Source: an uncultured Clostridia bacterium (lineage in GTDB: Bacteria > Bacillota > Clostridia > TANB77 > CAG-508). From it: a stretch of 64,000 nucleotides of DNA. A program made the translations under genes and the position numbers. Below the pieces are notes generated by a model, which did no database searches, was not told the origin of the DNA, and saw only the letters and a program-made list of their open reading frames with translations. The stretch covers positions 12,869 to 76,868 of the forward strand of contig CALXCD010000002.1 of assembly GCA_944386715.1 (NCBI GenBank). The letters run 5' to 3'. Each line of letters opens with the position of its first letter. Within the stretch, counting starts at the first letter, position 1. This document shows positions 1 through 9,543 of this stretch, piece after piece.

Positions 1-584
1 ATTTATCATTAGATGACAGCAAAAAGCTTTTAGATGTTAGTTCTAATGAAGATAACAGAAATTGTGAACGTGACCATGCTATTCTTACCTTGTTTTTAAA
101 TTGTGGTTTACGTTTGTCTGAATTAGTGGGAATTAATTTACAGGATATTAATTTTGAAGATTGTAAATTAAATGTTATTGGGAAGGGAAATAAAGAAAGA
201 ACGATTTATTTAAATAAGGCTTGTATGAAAGCAATTGCTGATTATTTAGAAGTTCGTCCTAAAGAAGGGGTAAAAAAAGATAAAAAACTTTCTGACAAAG
301 CCTTGTTTTTGAGTGAAAGAAAAGAAAGAATTGGTAGAAGAACGGTTCAGTATATAGTGGATAAAGAATTATCATTAGCTGGATTAGATACCAAAAGATA
401 TTCTGTTCACAAATTAAGACATACAGCAGCTACTTTAATGTATCAATATGGGAATGTCGATATTAGAGCATTGCAGGTTTTGCTTGGTCATGAAAGTATT
501 TCTACTACTGAAATTTATACACATGTGGATAATGAACAAGTTCGTAATGCGGTTGAAAAAAATCCTTTAGCTATGTTAGATTGA
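1..584 (+). CDS. Tyrosine recombinase, XerC/XerD (phage-integrase) family; 5' end lies outside the window
   Basis: Frame 3 is open from base 3 to the TGA at 582-584. The translation RDHAILTLFLNCGLRLSEL ... HKLRHTAATLMYQ ... LLGHESISTTEIYTH shows the R / HxxR / Y catalytic pattern. Confidence 0.85.
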   Translation, partial: LSLDDSKKLLDVSSNEDNRNCERDHAILTLFLNCGLRLSELVGINLQDINFEDCKLNVIGKGNKERTIYLNKACMKAIADYLEVRPKEGVKKDKKLSDKALFLSERKERIGRRTVQYIVDKELSLAGLDTKRYSVHKLRHTAATLMYQYGNVDIRALQVLLGHESISTTEIYTHVDNEQVRNAVEKNPLAMLD

Positions 585-793
585 TTGCCAAAGGGGACGT
601 TCCTTTTTGGCATATTTTTTCTTATTAGTTACTATTGAATAAATTTAAAAAGTAGGTATATATTCATATTTTTGGACAAAACATAGCTGGGGTTTAACAA
701 TCCGGGTCTTGTCTGCAAAATATGAATATATACCTACTTCTTTATGCTATTTATAAAACATGCCAAAAAGGAACGTCCCCTTTGGCAATCAAT
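580..793. repeat. Nested palindromic element, copy E0 of the conserved-core hairpin family
   Basis: A perfect 34-bp inverted repeat at 580-613 / 760-793 (ATTGATTGCCAAAGGGGACGTTCCTTTTTGGCAT) encloses an AT-rich stem (651-676 / 712-738). The loop of that stem is the family core at 677-711, in reverse orientation. Confidence 0.9.
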
Positions 794-3439
794 TTATAAT
801 TGTTCTAATACAGTTTGTAACATTTCTTTATATTTAGCAAGTTTAGCTTTTTCTTCTTCAATTTTACTTTGAGGAGCTTTATTAACAAATCCTGGATTGC
901 TTAGCATTTTTTCACACCTAGCAACTTCTTTTTCTAACCTTATTTTTTCTTCTTCTAATCTTTTTCTTTCTTCTTCAAAATCTATTAATCCTTCTGCAGG
1001 AAGGTAAAATTCGATTCCTTCTTCTATGATATGAATAGCGTTTTCAGGGATATTATCTTTATTGTTTTGTATTTTCATACTATCTGCAAAAGCCAATTTT
1101 AAAAGCATTCCTTCTGATTCTTGTATTTCTTTCGTGTTATCTTGTGTTACTATAATTAATTTTGCTTTTTTACTTGGATGAATATGTTTTTCGTTTCTAA
1201 TATTTCTTATCTCTATTATCATTTTTTGTAATTTTTCTATTAATGCTTCTTCTTTATCAAAAGTAATATTCTCACTTTTGTTTGGCCAATCAGAAACCAT
1301 TAATTCTTTTTCATCCTCTGTTATTAGGCTACTATAAATTTCAGAAGTAACAAAAGGCATAAATGGATGTAGTAGTTTTAAAGAAGTACAAAAAACTTCA
1401 TTCAATACAAAAGATACTCTTGTTTTATCTTCTCTATCTTCCCCATTTAATCTTGTTTTTACCATTTCGATATACCAATTACAAAAATCATTCCAAATGA
1501 AATTATATATTTTGTCTAGTGCAATTCCTAAATCATAGTGTTCCATATTGTCTGTTATTTCTTCTACTAATTTGTTTAGTTTGTTAAGAATCCATTTATC
1601 TTCTAGTTTTAATGATTTGTCACTCATTTTTTTGAAAGAGATAACTTCTTCGTCTGTTACCATATTTTTCGTAATAAATTTAGCTGCATTCCATATTTTA
1701 TTTGCGAAATTAGAAGCTTGCTCTAATTTTTCTGGCATATAACGAATATCATTTCCCATCGTGGTACCAGATAATACAGAAAATCTTAAACTATCTGCTC
1801 CATATTGGTCTATTACTTCTATTGGGTCTACTCCATTTCCTAATGTTTTTGACATTTTTCTTCCTTGACTATCACGTACAATACCATGTATTAAAACATC
1901 TTGGAATGGTTTTTGTTTCATAACTTCTAATCCTGAGAATATCATTCTTGCTACCCAGAAGAAAATGATATCATATCCTGTTACTAATACATTAGTTGGA
2001 TAAAATGTTTTTAAGTCTTCTGCTTCTTGATTTGGCCATCCAAGTGTTGAAAAAGGCCATAGTGCAGAGCTAAACCAGGTGTCTAGTGTGTCTGGGTCTT
2101 GTTTAAAATTAGTACTTCCACATTTTTCACATTTTTCTGGCATTTTTTTAGCAACATGAATATGTCCACATTTTTGACAATAATATGCTGGTATTTGGTG
2201 ACCCCACCATAATTGTCTAGAAATACACCAATCTTGTATATTTTCCATCCAGCTAAAATATGTTTTTTCATATCTTTTAGGGATGAATTTAATTTCATCT
2301 TCTCTTACTGCTTTGATTGCTGGCTCAGCTAGTTCTTTCATTTTGACAAACCATTGTGTAGAAATTTTAGGTTCAATTGTATTTTTACATCTTTCGCATT
2401 TTCCCACATTATGTGTATAATGTTCTACTTTTACTAAATTTCCTAATTCTTCTAGTTTTTCTACGATTTTTTCTCTTGCTTCTAATAAGTCCATTCCCTG
2501 ATATTCTGGAACTAAATTTCCCATTTTAAAGTTTTCATCAAATACTTCTATGATTGGTAAATGATGTCTTAAACCTGCTTGGTAATCATTCATGTCGTGT
2601 GCTGGTGTGATTTTTACACATCCTGTTCCAAAATCTTTTTCTACAAATTCATCTGCAATAATTGGTATTTCTTTATTCATGATTGGTAAAATACAAGTTT
2701 TTCCAATTAAGTCTTGATATCTTTCATCTTCTGGATGAACAGCAACTGCAGTATCCCCTAACATGGTTTCTGGTCTAGTAGTTGCTACTGTAATATATCT
2801 ATTTTTCTCTCCTGTAATTTGATAACGAATATGCCATAAATGAGTATCTTCTTCATGATATTCTACTTCTGCATCAGAGATAGAAGTATTACAATTGGTA
2901 CACCAGTTTACCATTCTTTTTCCTTTATAAATAAATCCTTTGTTATATAAATTAACAAATTGTTCTAAAACGGCATCAGATAGTCCTTCATCTAATGTAA
3001 ATCTACGTCTTTCCCAATCACATGAACATCCTAATTTTCTTTGTTGATTTTGAATGGTTCCTCCATATAAATGTGTCCAATCCCATGCTTCTTCTATGAA
3101 TTTTTCTCTTCCTAAGTCTTGTTTTGTCTTTCCTTCTGCTTTTAATTTTTGTACTATTTTCATTTCTGTTGATATAGATGCATGGTCAGAACCAGGAAGC
3201 CATAAGGTATTATATCCTTGCATTCTTTTAAAACGAATTAGAATGTCTTGAAGTGTGCCATCTAAAGCATGCCCCATGTGTAATTTCCCAGTTACATTTG
3301 GTGGTGGCATCATAATACAATAACTTTCTTTGTTTTTGTCCATGCTAGGTTTGAAAAATCCTTCTTTTTCCCAATGTTCATATAAATCATCTTCAAAATT
3401 TTTTGGGTTATAAGTATCTGCTAATATTTTTTTACTCAT
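794..3439 (-). CDS. valS: Valine--tRNA ligase
   Basis: Class-I aaRS motifs PPPNVTGKLHMGH and KMSKT plus a C-terminal coiled coil. The likely start is M26 of the ORF (MSKKILADTYNP), preceded by AGGAGGAAG. A T-box leader lies upstream. Confidence 0.95.
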   Translation of the reverse strand: MSKKILADTYNPKNFEDDLYEHWEKEGFFKPSMDKNKESYCIMMPPPNVTGKLHMGHALDGTLQDILIRFKRMQGYNTLWLPGSDHASISTEMKIVQKLKAEGKTKQDLGREKFIEEAWDWTHLYGGTIQNQQRKLGCSCDWERRRFTLDEGLSDAVLEQFVNLYNKGFIYKGKRMVNWCTNCNTSISDAEVEYHEEDTHLWHIRYQITGEKNRYITVATTRPETMLGDTAVAVHPEDERYQDLIGKTCILPIMNKEIPIIADEFVEKDFGTGCVKITPAHDMNDYQAGLRHHLPIIEVFDENFKMGNLVPEYQGMDLLEAREKIVEKLEELGNLVKVEHYTHNVGKCERCKNTIEPKISTQWFVKMKELAEPAIKAVREDEIKFIPKRYEKTYFSWMENIQDWCISRQLWWGHQIPAYYCQKCGHIHVAKKMPEKCEKCGSTNFKQDPDTLDTWFSSALWPFSTLGWPNQEAEDLKTFYPTNVLVTGYDIIFFWVARMIFSGLEVMKQKPFQDVLIHGIVRDSQGRKMSKTLGNGVDPIEVIDQYGADSLRFSVLSGTTMGNDIRYMPEKLEQASNFANKIWNAAKFITKNMVTDEEVISFKKMSDKSLKLEDKWILNKLNKLVEEITDNMEHYDLGIALDKIYNFIWNDFCNWYIEMVKTRLNGEDREDKTRVSFVLNEVFCTSLKLLHPFMPFVTSEIYSSLITEDEKELMVSDWPNKSENITFDKEEALIEKLQKMIIEIRNIRNEKHIHPSKKAKLIIVTQDNTKEIQESEGMLLKLAFADSMKIQNNKDNIPENAIHIIEEGIEFYLPAEGLIDFEEERKRLEEEKIRLEKEVARCEKMLSNPGFVNKAPQSKIEEEKAKLAKYKEMLQTVLEQL

Positions 3440-3509
3440 TTTTCTTCCTCCTTTTTGTGGTAAGTTAAAAACATTATTTTTGCATGATGAGAAATTGTTT
3501 TTTCTATCA

Positions 3510-3765
3510 TACAAAAAGCTCGCCCCAATATAAGGGCGAGTTTAATTCTCACGGTACCACCTTAATTATTATTTTTCAATAATATCTTAATTAGCTTTTA
3601 ACGCAGCTCACACGGATATCTTACTTATATTTTCAGAATATCAACTAAAAAAGCTACCTTCTGTTTACCTTTTATTTAAGAAGCTTCCAGCCTAAGACTT
3701 CTATTCTCTAGAATTAAGTATAAACATACTCCTCTTTTTTCTTGTTTTTTATTATTGTGCCTTAA
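3510..3765 (-). promoter_or_regulatory. T-box leader (Val specifier) of valS
   Basis: On the minus strand: an AGAGA motif in stem I, and a specifier loop AAAAGGUAAACAG with the GUA codon at 3668..3666. The T-box sequence AAGGUGGUACCGUGAG is at 3563..3548. The terminator CTCGCCC-N8-GGGCGAG plus U-run is at 3540..3519. Confidence 0.85.
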
Positions 3766-3810
3766 TTATATCTTATTTATTCAGATTTGTCTAGTATTTT
3801 TCAAACAAAA

Positions 3811-3833
3811 ATAGCACCTTTTAAAGGAGCTAT
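3811..3833 (-). terminator. Rho-independent terminator after rpmF
   Basis: On the minus strand, ATAGCTCC-TTTAAAA-GGTGCTAT is followed by TTTTGTTTG. Confidence 0.6.
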
Positions 3834-3838
3834 CTCAT

Positions 3839-4030
3839 TTAAGCATTTTCAGTTTCTTTTTTAGCAATTACTTCTTTACCATCATAGTAACCACAATTTT
3901 TGCAAACTCTGTGTGGTAATACTGGTTCATGACAGTGTGGACATGTTGCTAATGTTGGTTTTTCTTTTTTCCATGTTGATCTTTTGCTATGTGTTCTTGC
4001 TTTTGACCATCTTCTTTTTGGTTGTGCCAT
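3839..4030 (-). CDS. rpmF: 50S ribosomal protein L32
   Basis: 63-aa protein MAQPKRRWSKARTHSKRSTW ... CPHCHEPVLPHRVCKNCGYY, with the typical L32 N-terminus and a CxxC..CxxC zinc ribbon. Confidence 0.95.
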   Translation of the reverse strand: MAQPKRRWSKARTHSKRSTWKKEKPTLATCPHCHEPVLPHRVCKNCGYYDGKEVIAKKETENA

Positions 4031-4118
4031 TTTTATTCCCTCCTTGCTATTCGAAATAGATGTATCTATTTTTTTATTTTTCTTTTTTAGTCACTATAAG
4101 ATTATACAGGTAATTTGA

Positions 4119-4688
4119 TTATTTGTCAATACTTCCCTTAACAATATTTTCATATACTTGTTTTATATTTTTCTTTGTGTAAGTTTTATCTAAACCATTT
4201 TCTTTTACTTGTGTAAAAATTTCAAAAATAAATTTGTCCATTTTTTCATGAATTAATATTTTTCCTTTTTCTTTTTCTAAATAATAATTTAATTCATATT
4301 CTGGAGTCCAGTCTTCTCCCGCATAGATAATTCCAGCTGCCATTTTGTCACATATCATTTCTGCTGCATAAGGATATGGCATAATAGGTGTTTTTTCTGG
4401 TGCATCTAAATCTACCCAATATTCGTAATGATGTCTATTTCTTCCTTTATGATGAAGCCATGCTTTGGAATATCCATTTTTTTCTCTACATACAATAATA
4501 GGACTCCTTTTCCCATTATAATATTTTACACTTTCCCAAAATTCTGTTGGAGAATATTTGGATAAATCATGTACTAGCCCCCTCCATGGTATTCCTATTT
4601 TACAACATAATTTGAATACTACCCATTTATGTTTGGTGATTAATTTGAAGTGTTTTAGTGTGTTTGCTAATGTTATTTTTTCTTCCAT
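4119..4688 (-). CDS. Conserved hypothetical protein (DUF5662-like, His-rich HHKGRNRHHYEYW motif)
   Basis: 201-aa ORF. An internal ATG at 4688 (MEEKITLANTLKHF) has AAAGGA upstream, whereas the first ATG has no RBS. Family assignment is from memory only. Confidence 0.6.
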   Translation of the reverse strand: MEEKITLANTLKHFKLITKHKWVVFKLCCKIGIPWRGLVHDLSKYSPTEFWESVKYYNGKRSPIIVCREKNGYSKAWLHHKGRNRHHYEYWVDLDAPEKTPIMPYPYAAEMICDKMAAGIIYAGEDWTPEYELNYYLEKEKGKILIHEKMDKFIFEIFTQVKENGLDKTYTKKNIKQVYENIVKGSIDK

Positions 4689-4820
4689 TTTTGGTCCATT
4701 CCTTTCTGTGTAATCCTTTCTCATTCTAGTTTACTACATTAATTCTTTAAAATCAATAAATTTTATTTCCTTTTTTGCATATACTAATATATAACATATA
4801 GAAAAATAGGAGGACAAAAA

Positions 4821-6669
4821 ATGTGTGGACTTGTTGGATTTTGTAATTTCCAAAAAAATCTTACAATAGATAAAAATATTTTAATAAAGATGAATCAAAC
4901 TTTATCAAAAAGAGGACCTGATGAAGAAGGTTATTACATAAAAGAACATATTGCATTAGGTCACAAAAGATTAATTGTAATAGACCCAGAGGGTGGCAAA
5001 CAACCAATGGTAGAAACTTTTTATGAGAAACAATATGTTATTTGTTACAATGGTCAAATTTATAATACAAAGGAATTAAAGCAAATTTTGCTGGAAAATG
5101 GATTTACTTTTCAGGGGCATAGTGATACAGAGGTTTTATTGAAAGCATATATTTACTATGGTAAAGATGTTGTACATCATTTGAATGGTATTTTTGCTTT
5201 TGCTATTTGGGATGAGAAAGAACAGGAACTTTTTTTAGCAAGAGACCATTTTGGAGTAAAGCCTTTATTTTATACTATTCAAAATAATACCCTTATTTTT
5301 GCTTCAGAAATAAAGGCTATTTTTGCTTATCCTGGTATCGAAAAAATATTAGACAAACAAGGAATTAGTGAATTGTTTGGAATTGGTCCTGCTCATACTG
5401 CTGGAACTACTGTTTTTAAAAATATTTATGAAATAAAACCTGCTCATTTTGCTATTTTTAATCCTTCTGGACTTCATATAGAAAGATACTGGAAATTAAT
5501 TTCTAAACCTCATGAGGATAATTTAAAACAAACTTGTGCAAAACTAGAATTTCTATTAAATGATTCTATTACACGTCAATTGGTATCTGATGTTCCTTTA
5601 TGTACTTTTCTTTCAGGTGGTTTAGATTCTAGTATTATTACTAAATATGCTGCAGATTATTGTCAAAAAGAAGGTTTACCTCCTTTAGATACATATTCTA
5701 TTGATTATGTAGATAATGATAAAAATTTTGTTAAAAGTGATTTTCAGCCCAACTCTGATAGTTATTATATTGGTCTAATGAGTAAGAATTTATATACCAA
5801 ACATCATTCCATTGTGATTGATACTCCTGAACTTGCTACTGCTTTAGAAGATGCTATGATAGCTAGAGATATGCCAGGAATGGCTGATATTGACTCTTCC
5901 TTATTACTATTTTGTAAAAATGTTAAAAAGGAAATGACAGTTGCTTTAACTGGTGAATGTGCTGATGAGATTTTTGGAGGATATCCGTGGTTTTTTAGAG
6001 AGGATGCTTTACATAGTAATACTTTTCCTTGGTCTATTGCAATAACAGAAAGACAAGAATTATTAAATCCGTCTATTAGCTCCAAAATTAATTTAAAACA
6101 ATATATTGATTATCGATATCAAGAGAGTTTAAATGAAGTAGAAATATTAGAAACAGATTCTACCGAAACTGCCGAAAAGAGAAAAATTTCTCATCTTACT
6201 TTAAATTGGTTTATGCAGACTCTTTTAGACCGTTCTGACAGAATGGCTATGTATCATGGTTTTGAACTTCGTGTTCCTTTTTGTGATTACAGATTGGCAG
6301 AATATGTATGGAATATTCCTTGGGAGATGAAAGCTTTGAATGGTCGTGAAAAAGGATTGCTTCGCTATGTTTGTAGAGATTTTCTTCCTGCTGAGATTGT
6401 GGATAGGAAAAAATCTCCTTATCCTAAAACACATAATCCTACGTATTTGGCTAAAGTAAAAGAAATGCTTTCTTCTATTATGCAAGACAAAGGGGCTCCT
6501 ATTAATGATTTGTTAAATAGGGATTCTATTTTGGATATTTTAAATACAGATGGTAAGGCTTTTACAAGACCTTGGTTTGGGCAATTGATGACTCGGGCCA
6601 CAGCTTATGGCTTATTTGTGCCAGGTTAATATGTGGCTTGAGAAGTATGAGCCTAAGATTGAACTATAA
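4821..6669 (+). CDS. asnB: Asparagine synthase (glutamine-hydrolysing), with an apparent frameshift near the 3' end
   Basis: MCGLVGF Ntn-glutaminase start and SGGLDSS PP-loop. The called ORF stops at 6629, but the +1 frame from about 6594 reads GPQLMAYLCQVNMWLEKYEPKIEL* (to 6669), a typical AsnB C-terminus. Confidence 0.9.
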
Positions 6670-6686
6670 TTTATCCACTTTTAAAT

Positions 6687-6711
6687 TTGAGGTCGCAATT
6701 TGCGACCTCAA
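6687..6711. terminator. Perfect 25-nt palindrome hairpin downstream of asnB (TTGAGGTCGCAA T TTGCGACCTCAA)
   Basis: 12-bp perfect stem lying 18 nt after the corrected asnB stop, with a T-rich tract downstream. It is a paralogue of the intragenic palindrome at 7470-7506. Confidence 0.6.
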
Positions 6712-6810
6712 GTTTCCATATTTTTTTACCAACCATATATAGAAAATGGTTCATTATTTTGTAACCTCACGAAAATGGTTATCAACATAATTCTAATTGT
6801 TTATCTTCCT

Positions 6811-7749
6811 TCATATAGCTTCCTTCAATTTTTTTATATATTCTATATCATCTATTTTTGAAATTGCAAAACATTTCTTTCCCAAATCTTTTAATGATGC
6901 TCCTATATGATACAGTTCTTTATTATCTATTACGATAAATCTATCATGAAACTTATTCGTCATTGCTACTTTTAAGGTTGGATATTGTTTATTAAATTTA
7001 TTTATATCCAATTTATTCAAATTACTATTTTGCGAAGTCAAAATCACAACTTTTACATTTTTATTTTTCTTTGATAACATTTTCAAAATACTATCATCTA
7101 TGTAATTATCAATAATTAATACTTTTTGTTTTGCTTTCTTTATAATATCTATAACTAAAATATATGCATCATAAATTTGTCCATCAAAAAATATGCTTTG
7201 TCTACATTCTGATTCTTGTTTTCTTTGCAATTCATCAAATACTTCGTCAAACTTCTTATCATGCTCTAACAATTGGTCTTTAATATTATTTATTTCTTGG
7301 AAAAATTGACCATTTGTAATTATAAATTTTCTCATTTCTATAAAAGCTTTCATAATGCTAATACTAACATTAACTGCTATGTCACTTTTTAGTAGCGCTG
7401 AAAGCATTGCTATTCCTTGTTCTGTAAATACATACGGCATATATCGTCTACCACCATAGTTTTGTTTTTCAAAACTTGAGGTGACAAATTGGCACCTCAA
7501 GTTTTGAAATTCTTTTTGTTCTAATTGAAAACAAAATTCCTTTGGAAATCTTTCAATATTTCTTTTTACTACACGATTTATATATTTAGTTTCACAATGA
7601 TATAAATTTGCTACATCACTATCTAGCATTACTTGTTTTCCTCTAATTGTATAAATCAAATTTTTTATGTTTTCTGTTTCATATTTTACTACATCTGATT
7701 CTTTATTTACTAGTATAATATTGTTGTCTTCTTTTTCCATAATTATCAC
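6811..7749 (-). CDS. ORF6N-domain DNA-binding protein with a C-terminal PLD-like (HxR variant of HKD) domain
   Basis: N-terminal region: IRGKQVMLDSDVANLY ... FPKEFCFQL ... NLRCQFVTSS ... GGRRYMPYVFTEQGIAMLS. C-terminal region: KVLIIDNYID ... FHDRFIVID ... GASLKDLG. Confidence 0.8.
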   Translation of the reverse strand: MIIMEKEDNNIILVNKESDVVKYETENIKNLIYTIRGKQVMLDSDVANLYHCETKYINRVVKRNIERFPKEFCFQLEQKEFQNLRCQFVTSSFEKQNYGGRRYMPYVFTEQGIAMLSALLKSDIAVNVSISIMKAFIEMRKFIITNGQFFQEINNIKDQLLEHDKKFDEVFDELQRKQESECRQSIFFDGQIYDAYILVIDIIKKAKQKVLIIDNYIDDSILKMLSKKNKNVKVVILTSQNSNLNKLDINKFNKQYPTLKVAMTNKFHDRFIVIDNKELYHIGASLKDLGKKCFAISKIDDIEYIKKLKEAI

Positions 7750-7824
7750 TTTCCTTGCGAAATACTTATAATAACATATTTATATCATTCACCGCTTTAT
7801 TTTTTAGTGCATTTATTATAATTT

Positions 7825-8052
7825 TTATGATATTACTGTGTTATATATTTTAAAACAATTTGATCGTATATTTGATATTAAAGGCAATGCTGGCTCAGAC
7901 AAATTATAGCAAAAATTAATAATTCCTGCATCTTTTAACCATTCTATTGATGATGCATACTTTCTTTCTCCAACATTTTCTTCATCTTCCTTTATTTCTG
8001 AAAACAAAAATTTCTTATTCTTCTTTGATAATTGTATTGGTATGCTATTAAA
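7825..8052 (-). pseudogene. Fragment of an AAA-ATPase with a DUF4143 domain
   Basis: Only the segment ...KKNKKFLFSEIKED...YASSIEWLKDAGIINFCYNLSEPALPL...FKIY is present. The roughly 300 N-terminal residues and the C-terminal end are missing, and there is no ATG start. Confidence 0.6.
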
Positions 8053-8079
8053 TGTATTTATAATTTTTTGTTAATTTAT

Positions 8080-8200
8080 GCAAATTTTTATGAGGACTTT
8101 TAAGCCGCTTTCGCAAGTTTTTACGATGACTTTTGGAATTTAATTGCAAGTTTTTACAACGACTTTTTACGTTTGATTACAAGCTTTTAAATAACTTTTT
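8080..8200. repeat. Four imperfect direct repeats of ~22 nt phased every 33 bp
   Basis: GCAAATTTTTATGAGGACTTTT (8080), GCAAGTTTTTACGATGACTTTT (8113), GCAAGTTTTTACAACGACTTTT (8146) and ACAAGCTTTTAAATAACTTTTT (8179). Confidence 0.85.
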
Positions 8201-8379
8201 ATAGATACCACTCCAGCTATAGTTAGATTATTTTATCCCATGGTAAAAAAATGATGGTAAATACTAATCTAGTTTACTAGTTATATTTATGATAAACAGA
8301 TAATTCATTTGAATGGTTATACACCAATTAGCAAAAAAATATTCTATACTTATTTCTAAATATAGAATATTTTATCATC

Positions 8380-9543
8380 TTATTTTGCAAACAACACTTT
8401 TTCTGATTTATATTGTTTTATAATATGTACAAACACTAAACTGATATAAATAATTGTAGATATTGCCATCAAACCAATATTTAATAAATCTATTGTTCCA
8501 TTGTTTATATCTGTAAATATCAATGTAAAGTTTAAGAATGGTACTATTGAAAGGATTGGTGTTGTTGTTATTCCCATCATAAATGCTATCATACCTGGAA
8601 AGAATGATATAAATGTTAATGGTGTTAATGCACTTTGAGCTTCTTTAAATGTTTTAGATGTACTTGCAATAGCAATACATAAGCCACTTATAAAGAATGA
8701 GTATGCTATTATTACGATTACTGCAAATAGTATTGTAATTGGCGAATACATTACATCCATTCCTTCATAAATGCTAAACATATTCTTTGTAATCATCAAT
8801 GATATTATTGCTAAAGCTAAACTTATTAATCCTGTGATAATTGATGATACTGTAACTCCTAAAAACTTTCCTACAATTATATCTCTACTTTTTATTGGAA
8901 ATGTAAGTAATGTTTCTAATGTTCCTCTTTCTCTTTCACCTGCTGTTGTATCTGTTGCTGGATATGTTGCTGAAACTGTTATTGCCATCATTATAAAAAG
9001 AAAAGCATAATTTTTGATATAGTCCGCAAAGTAATTATCCTGCTCTAATACATTTTCTTCAACTGTTATAATGTTTAACACTTCATTTGGATTCATATTG
9101 TTTTCTTGCAAATAGCTTTGTTGTAAATATTGTTTATATGTATTAAAATATGTTTCCATTAAACTACTTGCAAATGTACTATTATCAGAACCATCTGTAT
9201 TTATAATGTATTTATTATCTTGTTTTGTTATATAAAGATTAATCTCACCATTATCATACTTTTGTTTTAATTCTTCTTCATTTCCATTTATCATTTCAAT
9301 ATTCATTTCTTCAGCAATACTTTTTTCTGCATCAGCCATTTCATAAGAAAATCCTATTTTGTTATATTCACTTACATCTTTACTAACTTGTGATTCAAAC
9401 AAGGCTGACATTCCAATTACTAAAAGAGGTATAAATATTGGTATTACAAGCATCATTGCTAAAGATTTTTTATCTCTAAATAATTCTCGAAGTTCCTTTT
9501 TTAATATATTCCATAAATTATTCTTCAACTGAAACACCTCCAA
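8380..9543 (-). CDS. ABC-2 family transporter permease (NatB-like)
   Basis: 387 aa with an N-terminal TM segment, a large extracytoplasmic loop and five C-terminal TM segments. It overlaps the stop of the ATPase gene upstream. Confidence 0.8.
   Translation of the reverse strand: MEVFQLKNNLWNILKKELRELFRDKKSLAMMLVIPIFIPLLVIGMSALFESQVSKDVSEYNKIGFSYEMADAEKSIAEEMNIEMINGNEEELKQKYDNGEINLYITKQDNKYIINTDGSDNSTFASSLMETYFNTYKQYLQQSYLQENNMNPNEVLNIITVEENVLEQDNYFADYIKNYAFLFIMMAITVSATYPATDTTAGERERGTLETLLTFPIKSRDIIVGKFLGVTVSSIITGLISLALAIISLMITKNMFSIYEGMDVMYSPITILFAVIVIIAYSFFISGLCIAIASTSKTFKEAQSALTPLTFISFFPGMIAFMMGITTTPILSIVPFLNFTLIFTDINNGTIDLLNIGLMAISTIIYISLVFVHIIKQYKSEKVLFAK

Noticed and set aside
8080-8200. 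Possible CRISPR array
   Set aside because: The repeats are degenerate (about 70-90% identity) and the spacers are only about 11 nt. There are only four units and no cas genes in the window.
6811-8380. Intact prophage or ICE on the basis of ORF6N, the DUF4143 fragment, KilA-N and TnpV
   Set aside because: There is no integrase, replication, structural or conjugation gene in either region. The genes are isolated or truncated, so only remnant or cassette status is claimed.
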